From: Podospora anserina
Taxonomy: Eukaryota
Length of the DNA: 64,000 bases
Assembly (NCBI GenBank): GCA_017654855.1
Contig: CM030332.1
Span: forward strand, 6,634,001-6,698,000
Direction of reading: 5' to 3'
Program-made: the position numbers and the translations under genes
Part shown: one piece after another, positions 44,939 through 57,132 of the stretch
How positions within the stretch are numbered: the first letter of the stretch is position 1
Layout: every line of letters begins with the position of its first letter
The notes under the pieces: generated by a model
Told to the model about the DNA's origin: nothing
Database searches by the model: none
What the model saw: only the letters and a program-made list of their open reading frames with translations

Positions 44939-46687
44939 TTATACAGCACCGAAGCAACTGTGACAAGTTAGCCTGTGTCGTTCACTCGGAGCGGAGAAGG
45001 GGGAACATACGTCTCCATGATGATGCCAGTAATCTGGTAAGGGTCAGCGTTGGAGGCTGGGCGACGATCCTCGAAGTAGCCGTAGCCCTTAGCGGCGCAT
45101 TCTCTTGGAATGCGGATAGAGCAGCCACGGTTGGCAACACCATACGAGAACTGATCGATAGCACCAGTCTCGTGTCTGCCGGTGAGACGCTTCTCGTTGT
45201 CCTCGCCGTAGACGGCGATATGCTCTTGGTGCCTCTTGCCGAGCTTCTCGATAGCAGCCTCGATGTACTTCATGCCGCCCTGTAACCAAAGTCGTCAGTA
45301 TATGTTCCCGAGTGAGAATCACTATGTCCCATCAATCATCGTACCTCTTGACGCATCTCCTTGGTAGAGAAGTTGGAGTGGAGACCAGCACCGTTCCAGT
45401 CGCCAGGAATAGGCTTGGGGTGGACGGAGACCTTGGCGCCGAACTCCTCGGCAATGCGGTGCAGAAGGAATCTGGCAAGCCAGAGGTGGTCACCCATCTC
45501 GATACCGAGGCAGGGGCCGACCTGGAACTCCCACTGGGCGGCTATTGTGCATGTTAGCAACCTCGGGTCCAACCTTGCACCGAATCACAGGAAAACCTAC
45601 GCATCACCTCGGCATTGGTACCAGAGATCTTCACACCGGCGTACAGACAGGCACGGTAGTGAGCCTCGACGATGTCACGCTGCACAACCTTGCCGGCACC
45701 CACACCACAGTAGTAAGGACCCTGAGGGGCGGGGAAACCGTTCTTGGGCCTGGGATCCAATCAGCATCTGTCTCACATCGTTCCAAAATACACGTGGGTG
45801 GAAGCACATACCAGCCATAGGGACGATCGTTGAGGTCGAGGAGAGTGTATTCTTGCTCAAGGCCGAACCAGGGCTCGTGAGCGGCGTGAGCCTCCATCAG
45901 CTTGGCGGTCTCATGACGGAAGTTATACTTGTTGGGGTTGCCATCGTTGTCGATGCACTCGGAAAGGACGAGAATGTTGTTGCCGAGACGGAACGGATCG
46001 GGGAAAACCGCTACGGGCTTCAGGTAGACGTCCGAGTTGTCGCCGGGGGCCTGGCCGGTGGAGGAACCATCGAAGTTCCAGATGGGAAGATCATCCGGAG
46101 TGTAGCCGCCCTCCTTCTCGTCGAGTGTCTGTTTGCAGGAGACTGGTAAGTATGCGTCGGATTTGTGCTTTCGGTTTCGGACTCTTTGCTTACTCTCGAC
46201 TTGGAACGGGTACCACCTTCAGCATCAATCCTAGACACATTCTGTTAACGGTCGTTTTCCCCTCATTGGCCCTCATTGGCTGCGGTTCCAGGTGCAGGGA
46301 TGAGCGGGATCGAGGGGGGGGGGCCGCGTGGGGACTCACCAGATGTACTCGGCCATGATCTTCCCCCTTTGGTCCAGAGTCAGGAACTTCTGGAGCTGCA
46401 CGCCAATCAGTCAGCACGAGTCGCAGAAATAGCGGCGGCTTGGCCGGCGCCAAAGTCAGAGTCGGGTCTTGCTCACGTTCTGGGCATTGGAGAGGAAGGA
46501 CTCGGTAGTCGCCTGCAGTCGTCGTCGAACATGGTGGTTAGCTCGGCTCTCCAAACAGCGACGCAAGAATGCCATCGGCGGCATTGTACGCGCACATGGG
46601 AATCTGCGGAAACCTGAAGATGGCAGGGCCCGAAGGGCTGTACGCCAAGCAGGCCGGAGTGTTGGTGTTGGCGGGGTCACATACCAT
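44939..46687 (-). CDS. GLN1: Glutamine synthetase (type II), many introns; first coding exon is ATG only
   Basis: [122 protein letters not shown]. Confidence 0.97.
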
Positions 46688-46889
46688 GATTGCGGATTAT
46701 GTGAGGGCACGGTGGGAGGACTGAGCTCAAACTTCAGAAATCTGGAAGAGTCTGAAAGGACAGGGCGCAACGGTGTTCCCTGGGGAGGTTTGGGGATTTT
46801 AATAGAGACTGCAGAAGGGAGGTTTCATATGAAGGAGGGTTCGTCTGTCAGTGGCGATGGCGGGGATCGTGGGGTTAAAGCTTCAGCAC

Positions 46890-47222
46890 CCGATAACGGA
46901 CAGCGGCGCAATCAAACGCGGCGGCGCTGGCTCGCGACGAGATAAGGTATGAGCCCAGGCCGGTTATCTGGGGGTGGCAGGTGGTTCACGGGTGATCGCG
47001 GGGTGAGAGCCGTGATAATCTCTCTGACAAAGACGCCCAAGAAACGCATTCAGACACCCATTTGGGACTGGACGCGGTCGCATTCCAGTATCTGGGGCTG
47101 AGTTCCCGAGATAGGACCACCATCAGGACAAACGAGGGGCAGAGGGGAGCAAGCTTCCCTGGAGCTTTCCCCTCGCATGATCCCACCCACAGGAGCCGCC
47201 GCCGAGAAGTAAGCTTATCGCT
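46890..47222 (-). promoter_or_regulatory. Cluster of GATA sites upstream of glutamine synthetase (candidate AreA/NIT2 sites)
   Basis: GATAA or TTATC at ~46892, 46941, 46964, 47014, 47216; TATA-like TATTAAAA at ~46800 on the minus strand. Confidence 0.5.
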
Positions 47223-49953
47223 GCCAGCCGATTGGCTCCCTGCCCCGCGCTGCATAATACCTCCTCGTACAACGACGAGCGCCCGACAAATGGGAGCCGC
47301 CGAATATCTAATTGTGATTTGTCTTTTTGTGCTCCAAACACTTTGCTCGGCAGCAGTTGCAGACGAGTGCAACCCGTCTCTTTTTCTACCGCGGTCCCCG
47401 TTTTTCTTTTACTCGATGCCATTTGTTACGTTCAACAAGAGTCGCACCCGTGGCCTCGATCCCGTCGTCGAGTCAAGAGTTTGTCCCACCACCAAAGAAC
47501 CCCCAAAATGCCCCCACTGTTCATCGTGAATATGGAGGGCCATGTCGATCTACCCTAACCCCATAGGGATCCATGGCAAAATAAGGGTCCTGAATAGAGG
47601 CTGGTCAAGATCCTCAACCACAAGTGCCAAGGTCGACGGCAGACCACCATGAGGCATATAGTTGCAGGCAACCAATGATGACCGTGACGGAACTGCAGAG
47701 CAACAGCCAAAATAAATTTTCTCATGTGCCCTTTTCCCTTTTCATCCCACTCTTGATACTGGGACATGTGCCAATCAAGGACAGCCTCACCCACCTTTTT
47801 TCAGCCGGCTTTTGCCACTCAATATCAACCTCCTGACGCCAGCATGCATTTCAATCCAACACAATCCGTGGCATGACAGCAACCTAGTCCAGAGCTATCG
47901 TTTCGATCCCAACCCCCAGGCCGATGTCCCGACCTCGTCTTCTTGGTGACCTCACATCCTCAATGCCCTTCAACGTCAGACGCGCTGCAGAATGACCGCT
48001 GCCTGACCTTATTGGAGGCATAACTAGGCGAATGATGCAGATAGGCCACTTCAACAGCAAGTCTCCAATCGACCAGGGCTCGTATGTTGACCATCCGCCG
48101 GTGACATCATAAATGCGGATTTGAATATTCTTTTGCGTCCGACTGGAAATATTGGGACAGTTTCACTCTTTTTTGCAGAGCGAGACAATGGTAGATTTTG
48201 ACTGAAAGCAGCTTCAAACGAGATGGGTTTCAGTTATGAGGCTGATACCATGGATTTGGTTGGTTTCAGCTTCACCTTCACAAGGCCGACTCCCAGACGA
48301 ATTGCCAACGAAGGTACAGTGGTCACTCTGTGAAAGCGTGATAATACTCATTCATCAGGGGCGTGGATGGCGAATCGCGGTTAACTCACGGTTTTTAAGA
48401 CCGGATATGTCAAGTCTTGAAAGACGCAGTCTAATTCCTTTGACGCGGATATCGTAGTTTCAGTTCCAGACGAACGTTCCGACCAACACCCCTAAGTCCA
48501 CACAGCATTTCAACATGGCGACGGTTACTGGGATAGCTTGTTTTGTTCTCTATGAGCTACGTAGTCAGTTAACGCTTGAAGGGACTGCCTTTACGAATGT
48601 CCTCGCCAAAAGATGGCTTACCACTAACAGCACAATCAAAGCTGGGGTGGATGTTGCTATCACCTCAGTTGTTGGCATCACGCTTGTCTAAAATCAATGT
48701 CAGTGCTGCAAGGGCCTGTTGCCAACACATAAGATATGCTTGAATATGCTCCTGAACACAGCATGACTGAGCAATTCCCTGCGGAAAGGTGAGACCAATT
48801 CCAAGATAGTGCAACTATAGCTTCGGGTCATTTTCTAGCTAGCCCTCGATACTGTAGCCGTTCCCTGTAGTTATGTTGAAGTCCGTCTTGTATCTCGAGG
48901 AATATTGCCGCTTGATAAGTGAAAATCGACCACTTGGAATACCAGGTAAACAACACACTGAACCGAGGGGCAGGAAAAGTTTATCCTTAACATCATAAGA
49001 CCACCGCGGCTCTTGGCCTCCCTCAATATGCTCAGGGTTCCGTGCGTTGGAATTTGACTTGGGGCTCCTGTAGCCCACTGCGGGCGACTTGGTCAGCGGA
49101 GAAAGATCTTACTCGTTAGCACCGGTCGATGTGCACTGTCTTTCAGCGTTTCCGCATTGCACATAAACCCTCGGAATACCATGCAAGGGTCAAGAGAGTC
49201 GCTATCTATGCCAGATTCGTCTTGCTCGTGAGGTTGAGGTCGAAATCAGAAGTGCAACTCAGATCGCATTCTGTCATCATCTTTCCCAGCGGTGTATGAA
49301 CCCAGTGCAAATTGTCCAGCGTGACTTCGGGCTTGTTAGTCATAATCGACAAGCTGAGTCTCTGGTTGATGTACCTAGTTGATGTGAGGCAAACAAGTTG
49401 ATGTTGAGGTTGTGGGCCGTGGCGTGCTGAAAATGTATCACTCCCTACTGTATCTGGCCGATGGAAGGTAGCAATTGCTGTCGGTCTACAGCGGGAAAAC
49501 TGAAATCCCATAAGAAATCGCACAGTATCTATGTATTTATTCCCAGGGCGAGAGAGCGCCTGTTGACACTGGGGCTCTTTCCATTTGTGGTGTAAATGGC
49601 CCCAGTGTGACCAATCAGGTGTCGTTAATTAGGTCCGACACCAAATGGTTCGATGTGGCCTTCAACATCACACCACCTTGAGCCCATGCGTCATGGTCAC
49701 ACCACGCAACACCAAACTCGTGACTAGTTGACTCGATGGAATGCTTGAAAAGCTCAGTATCTCCTCTTCCTCTTTGATATCTTGACCTCAGCATCATTTG
49801 GTCTTCTGAGCCTCATCCTCCCACTCTGCAATCACCCCTGTTCGACCCCAGATTTCGGTTGTCTCCACTTACACCGACTATCCCTAAACGGCAACCCTCC
49901 AACCTCTATCATTCTCTCCTTCCACTCCACAAGACATCCGCAACCATATCACG

Positions 49954-50867
49954 ATGCCAGCATCACGAAATCGTCCGATGCAGCACATTGACCGCAAGAG
50001 TCTCTACACCAGTCTGGAGGCTCGTGTCAAGTACTTGCATTCTTTTCTTGACTTCGGTGTCAGTGAGTGTCTTCCTTATGCCAGGCTATCCCAGCATGAG
50101 CAACACTAACGACTTTACCAGGTGACATCGAAGCATTGAAGAGCGGCAGCAAATATATCCAGGCCCTCATCCCAGCGGTTGTCAACATTGTGTACAAGAA
50201 ACTTTTGCAGTATGACATCACCGCCCGGGCTTTTACGACAAGGTCCACAGCCTTGGAAGGTCCCATGGACGACACGCCAGACGAGGACAGCCCCCAGATT
50301 CTTCATCGCAAAATGTTTCTCAGAGCATATCTTAAGAAGTTGTGTTCAGATCCTGCGCAGATGGAGTTCTGGGAGTACCTCGACAAGGTTGGCATGATGC
50401 ACACAGGCATTGGCCGAACGCACCCATTACACATTGAGTACATTCACATCGGCGCCGGACTCGCTGTTATCCAAGATGTTCTCACCGAGGCTATCCTCTC
50501 CCATCCTCGTCTACACATCCAACGCAAGATCGCCATCGTCAAAGCCCTTGGCAAGGTCATCTGGATTCAGAACGACCTGTTCACCAAGTGGTATGTCCAT
50601 GATGGGGAGGAGTTCACCGACGGCATGGACTTTGGCGAAATCGAAAAGGAAGGCTGGCTGCACGGAAAGAAGGTTCTTAACGAGCAAGATGCTATTTCTG
50701 AGGGCAGCGATGACACAGCAACAGCCTGCCCCGCCAGCGGACAAAAAGGCAAAGATGGTCCGACAGCTGGTGTGTGTCCATTCACAGGGATATCGTCAGA
50801 CATGAAGAATTTGAAAGTGCAAGATGACAAGCCCAAAGTGGAGGTGACAGCGACTGGACAGCAATAA
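49954..50867 (+). CDS. Protoglobin/globin-sensor domain protein (fungoglobin-like), 1 intron
   Basis: MQHIDRKSLYTSLEARVKYLHSFLDF|intron GTGAGT..CTAAC..CAG|DIEAL..LIPAVVNIVYKKLLQYDITARAF..FWEYLDKVGMMHTG..LHIEYIHIG..KVIWIQNDLFTKWY. Confidence 0.88.
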
Positions 50868-51159
50868 GCCTGGGCGGCATTGACGACCACTGGTTTCACG
50901 AGAAATGATTGGCAAGGAGTTCAACGGTTTGAGGGGTTTTTCTATGTACATACTTTTTCTGGCAGTGTTTGGCTTGTTGCGTTTCAGAACCAAACGATAG
51001 ACCGAGGTGCTCGTTTCTTACATGGTCATTAAATATCACCATTCTTCACTCTGTCTATCACATGTGCTCCAAAAGATGTGTGTAATCAAGGAACCAATCA
51101 GAAAACTGCCCACCTTATCATACCTACCTAAAACCTCCTATTGTTTAATGTGGGACAGG

Positions 51160-54060
51160 TGCATGACTGCGCCTGTTGAGGCCTGGAAGGCAACCAACCG
51201 CACTGCCACCTCGAATTGGAGGCGATATCGGTCCTTCCTTCCAGAGTTCAAGTCGAGGACTACCCAACAACAGCAAACTGACATTCTTGCAATGTTGCAC
51301 ACACTGACAGGGCGGTATTACTGGGCATTGAAAGTATTGTTGCTTCGCAATCTGCCATGTTGGAGCAGCATATCCAAACCGAATCCAGCCGGTAATCACT
51401 TCAATGGCTTAGAGCGCCCGATGTCTGGCGCAATCTCCGCAATGCGCTCGCAAAGTGGGAGCCGGGAACTGGGACGTGGTTCCTCGAGTGTCCCGTTTTC
51501 AAGGATTGGCAGCAGCGTGCAGAGTTTCTTTGGCTCACTGGCATCCCGGGTGCAGGCAAAACCATCATCAGTTCAGCCATCGTCGCAAACCTCCTTCGCC
51601 AAGAAGATGGGTCCTCAACGCCGGTCATTTTCTACTATTTTGACTTCCAGATCGAGATGCAGCAACACGTACACGCCATGCTTCGGTCGCTATTGGCGCA
51701 GATGGCGGCTTGGAGTCCCGCATGCCTCAGATCGCTCCAAGCCTTCCATGATAAAACCATTGCTTCCAGTGCCAAAGATCCATCTCTAGACGACTTGCTC
51801 GAAGTCGTTGTTACGGGCCTCGGTCATTTCCCCAAAATATTTGTGGTAGTAGATGCCCTAGATGAATGTGTGGAGAGGCAGACCCTTTTGAAGCATATCA
51901 AGACTATTTCAGGAGTCTCTGGCGTGCATCTTCTCGTACTCAGCCGTCCAGAAAGGGATATTGAACTTGTACTACAAGACGCTCCCACCAGGACAAGACT
52001 AGTAGGTGTCGACGTCGATGCAGACATCGGCCTGTATATTGACCATAGGATGAAATCCTCAGATGACATGAAAGAATGGGATGACATTGTCAAAAGAAAA
52101 GTTCGCGAGGTTCTGACTTCGAAGGCTGCGGGCATGTCAGTATTGTTGCAAGACATACGACATCCTGAGCTCCGGTCTTTAACTCATAGTTGAACAGGTT
52201 CCGCTGGGCATAATGCCAACTTGACGCCTTGGAAATATGCACTAGTTCCGAGGAGATTGACGAAGTGTTGTTATCACTCCCACAAGATCCTCCCGCCACG
52301 TATGAACGAATACTGGCACGACTGGAAACAAGAAGTCTCAGAGATATTCGACTGGTACTGCTAGCCCTCTCTTTTGCGAAGCGAGACCTCACAGTCGGCG
52401 AGCTCACATACGGCTGGCGCATTTCACGGTCAAGGAGTATCTGGTATCCAAAGAGATCGAACTTGGAAAGGCCAGCAGATTTGCACTCAGTGCTGGAGAG
52501 GGGAGTCGTGTCATGGCAAATTATGTCTTGCCTGCCTGCTCTATCACGACAACCTCGTATCGTTTCAGCCAACAACACTGAAGAGGTACCCCTTTACTGT
52601 CCATGCGCAGATATTTTGGGCGACCCATTCAAGAGATGCAAACGGCGAACACGTGGGGTGTGACACGCTTGATAAACTCCTCTTTGAATTTCTCAGCGGG
52701 GATTTCGCGGGCGCATATTTGAATTGGCAACGTGCGTCATTCCAAACTCGCGCCAACCACTCCAGGTTTGTGATACCGGAGGAGTTGGAAATGCCAATAT
52801 CACCCCGTTGGCCTGAACTATCATGGACGCAGGTTTTGTCACAGGATTTGGTAGAACAACCAATCATTTGTGCAGGCAAGGCAAATCTGTATCGGACCGT
52901 CCAGAGGCTTTTGGATGAAAGACTCAGAACCATGACGCACGTATCTTGGGTGCTGCAATGGGGCTGGTAGTATCAACCGATACGCGGGAAACGATGGAAA
53001 TATTGCTTCGCAGCGGACAAGTTGATGTCAACTTGACCCTTGACAAACGCTTGTCGCTCAGCCTTTCGCCACTCCATATGGTTCTGCTATCACGCCGAGA
53101 CGAGTTTCACAAAACCATGGACATGGTAGAATGACTGTTGTCGCTGGAAGCTGATACAAGGCGACAGTCATACTTGGGAAGCCCTCTTCAATTTCTATGT
53201 CTAATTCAAACTCACAGTGATGCCTCCACCGCTCTAGCAACCAAGCTACTCGAAGCAGGGGTTGATCCTAACGAGGGCTTTGAGTTTCAATATTTCGAGG
53301 CTCAGCCGGCTACTCCCCTCCAGTGTGCAGCTGCAAATAACAACGGCGATACAGGCACAGCACTTATACAAACTCCCCTTCGGCACGGTGCAAATATCAA
53401 CCTTGTGAGGGGGGAAGCCAGGAACATGTCTTCATGCAGTGGCTTTATCCCGTTGCGCGGATCAGTTCGCTTTTTCTGTTGGGAAGTGGCGCAGATCTCC
53501 ACCTTGCTAGTCCAAAATACGGATTTGTTCTTGCTTACTGCTGGATATGCCAGGGCAAAGGATATAATGAGAATCTGCATCGAAAACGGACTGGGATTGA
53601 GCGAGTTCGTCGACGACTCTGATGATAGAATATCTGGCATCTCACCCGACCAAGCCTGGGAGCAAATGAGTGGCGAGGCCCAAGTCCCGGTTGTTGAAGG
53701 ATATCATTCTTTTTCTTGCGTCCCAGCCAGGTGATTGAACGTGGCCATCGGTCGAATTGCTCCCTGAAGATGCTCAAGACCGTCTTAGCCTACGGTGTGC
53801 CTATCAAGCCCAGGTCTCTCAAACGCGTGGTTACATATAAACCGGCGGACAAGCCCGACATTGCGAGATTCATCGAGTACTTGGAGACCACACCAGAGAT
53901 CGAGTGGAATATTGAATGGAACGACGTCGGCTACAGGTTCAATGTGGCCAAGAGAGTATTTGAGAAGCGAGATGACAGGCTAACTGACATGACGGAGAGT
54001 TTGGAGCGGATCGTGGAGGCAAGCTTGAATACATCCGCCACGTGTTCTGTTATGGACTAG
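51160..54060 (+). pseudogene. NACHT NTPase + ankyrin repeat (NLR-like) pseudogene
   Basis: QWL..PD..EPGTGTWFL..FKDW..FLWLTGIPGAGKT (Walker A 51540-51563); VVVDALDEC (Walker B); LSRPE; KAAGM|intron|FRWA*CQLD (TAA at 52211); TYERIL; ankyrin-like LLEAGVDPN, TPLQCAA, HGANIN; several frameshifts. Start approximate. Confidence 0.88.
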
Positions 54061-57000
54061 TAAGTAGCATTGCAGCCTCTCCAAATAGGTACTTTCAGTG
54101 TTTGTCTTCTCTAGAGCTTTTGAATACCTCCCAGGTGACTTTTACACATCAAACTTCACAAAACAACAAAAAGAGCCGTCCGTGTTCAGTCAAGAGTGAC
54201 ATCTGAATAGGTACCTGTAGTGATATTATTAGAAGCAAAAAACCTCCAGATGTATGGGGACAAGGAGGGATATCATCTCCAATGTGTCTCATAGCTAATC
54301 TCAGGTGTGCATGCTACTAGTAGTAAGACATACTTTCTCATCCAACCCCTTCACCCATGATCAATCTTTACCTATACCGACTCTCAGCCACCGAGAACGG
54401 GGTCCTCGGCTGATGCATGCACGTTCAGAAACGTGCATTCATATGTAGATTACCCTTTCACGCGTCTGCCTTGTGGGGTTCTGGTAGCCTACTACCCTGG
54501 CTACCTGTCTGACATCTGCTCACAGATACCGTTTGTCATCTCAGAATACATCATGAGCAACGCAGACAAAAGAACTGGTATGAATCTCAATCATCACCGC
54601 CTTTCGGCACCTCGGCTAACATTCGCAACGCTAGCCCATCAAAAACCGCCGGCTTGACTGCCACGGGTGACCGTCTATACCTGCCAAATAGAAACCCCCA
54701 CGGAAAGCTCCGTGATGCCACAATTCCTTTTTCCATCCACCTCCGCCAAGGATCACCAGATTAGGTACCTACATTTCGTACAAAGTGGAGCAAAGGTGTG
54801 TACGCAACAAAAAAAAAAAAAAAAAAAGTCGACGTCCACGAGGCAAACAAACCGAATACGACCAAGCCGCGGGAGTGACGTTCTCTGGAGTAAGTGGAGG
54901 ACCAAGCCCACGCGGCATTTCTCCACGTGAAACCCACCGTTTCAGAGAAACAGGAAAACGACGGAGAGAGGAGACAGAGCACAGAAAACGGCGAGCTGCA
55001 TTCCTAAGGTGATGGGGTTGGCAATGTGGAACGAATCACACCTTGGGCACGTGGCATTTTTTTTCATCAATCTCCGGAAGGCTTGCTTCCATCCATTTTT
55101 TTTCCTTCTCTGGAGCTCACCACAAGCCGGCGGTGAAACGCTCTTGGGGCGGGGGACGAAGTAACCTTGGCCAATGCGTCTTGTTGTGTTGCAGGAAACA
55201 CAATTTTTGTCCACTGGTGACCGGGCCTTCGTTCGAGCGGAGGGGGAGCAATGACAAGAAGAGTGTGGGGATGATATGATGGAGAATGGTGCATCAGGAA
55301 AGGAATCTCGTCAATGCAATTGCCCAAAGACTACCTACATAGTATAGGAACCCCCACCAAGAGGAGACAACGTCGTATTGTACCCCACGTAAGAAACGAT
55401 GGAGATTTTGTCTCCAAGTCGGCGATCTCGTACATTTCCTGGCTCCAAAAGAGGTTTAATGTGCGAGCAGGGGTCCGCTGCCGAAACTGCGAAGGGAAAC
55501 GACGAGCGATGCCATGTTGGGCTTTCAACTCCTGTCTGCTGCAGGAAAAAGGGAGACTGGCGTTCTGACAAAGCGGCATGGCAGCGGATCCTGAGTTTTG
55601 ATATTATATTGGTAGCAAGCTAGGCTTGGAGGAGAAATCTAAGCGGATGCGGCGCGCTGTCACAACAGGACGACCGGCATCTTGCTGGGTGCGGGAAGCA
55701 TTGCCAAGAAATATATCGAGGGAACCTGGTTTTCGTGCATCTGTGAGAAGAGAAACATGCACTGCATATGTACATCTTCATGCACGAGAAGAACTGACTT
55801 GCAGTTGTGACTTTCCCTTGGGCTCGAGGATTGCCATCGAGGGGGGTTGCTCAATCACCGGTCCGGCATGGGTTTCGGGTTGCGAGGTCGCCGATCGACC
55901 AGCTCCGGCTTGCTCCGGAAACCCCGGCATGTCTCGAAGATGCCACTGCGTTAGACTCGGCGAGCTCGGCGGTCGAGGTGGATTTGGACGGCCCACTCGG
56001 CAGCGATTTGCTGTTACATCCTGTCCCAATGTCCGCGTCCCGTCAGAGCGCTACATGCATCCCGACGCAGGTGATAATTGGACGGGTTCATCACCGCATA
56101 TCAGACGACTTTGGTGGTGAAGGCTTTGAGATTATCGTATAGTATCAGCATATTATGACACGGTTATTACTCCGATACCAGGTCGGAAGATTTTGAAGCA
56201 AAAGGGGAGCCGTCCCAATGCCGGAGATATCCCGTCTGGTGACCTGATACGAAGTACCACCTCATCTCAAGTTTCTTGAACAACATTTCGGCCTGATGGG
56301 ATGTTGTAACCAAGAATTATGGCGCTGTCGCCCCACCGTCTATCGTGTTGATGCATCTGTTCCGTTACGGTAGCTTGGGCTTGGGGAAGACACGACTGAA
56401 CAAAGAATGCCTGAGCGTAGGTAAGGTATGGATAGCGTTTTGATGCTGGCTTCGAGTGCCAAGCGCCAGAGATGCAGGCTCTTCTCCAAACAACAAACAA
56501 TATGTGTTTTGGCGGCGGCCACAAATGCTTGGGAAGATGTATGGAGTTGAGTTGATGAAGGTGTCGTTTCCTCTGCTGGCGGACATGAAGATGAGCTCGG
56601 GCCGTTCCTTGCCCTGTGATGCGGGCAACGGGATGGGGGGCAATGACTGGTGTTTCGCTCTTTGACGAATGCGGAATTCCCTGCAGATGGTGGGGCTCAA
56701 GTTGTGGGGTCCAGGACCAGGGGCTTTTACAGGAACAGGAACCAAGTCGTCACCTCAGTGCTCGCAGAAAACGTGTTCGGGCTGCATTGCAGGTCTTCCT
56801 CGCCATGCCATCATCTGAGCGTCCCAGCGCCTTCTCGATCCCATCCTTTTTTTGGTATCCCTGCCGCCCGCGTCCGCCGTGCCACCGTGTGTGATTCCGT
56901 ATGCTGGCCATCATTGGGAGCTCTGTGCACTTCCCTCGGGCCCACTGCAACGTCGTCTCAACAGCCATTGCCTACGACGACGAATCATGGACAGCACAAC

Positions 57001-57100
57001 GGCTGCCATTCCGGCTGATCAGTGACCAAAAGACAGGGCAACCCCTCCTCGCAACCCAAAACAGCCTCATCCGAGTCCAGTTGCGCATAACGACGACGCT

Positions 57101-57132
57101 TCCACGCTCCCACGCTCCCACGCTCCCACGCA
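57101..57132. repeat. Tandem 8-mer (CCACGCTC) about 4 copies
   Basis: tccacgctcccacgctcccacgctcccacgca read directly. Confidence 0.8.

Noticed and set aside
46596..46613. Possible 18-nt alternative microexon (VSADSH) in glutamine synthetase intron 1
   Set aside because: Donor would be a weak GTGCGC and there is no branch site before the acceptor.
48839..49523. Short minus ORFs between GLN1 and the globin as a gene relic
   Set aside because: No recognisable family and no consistent frame.
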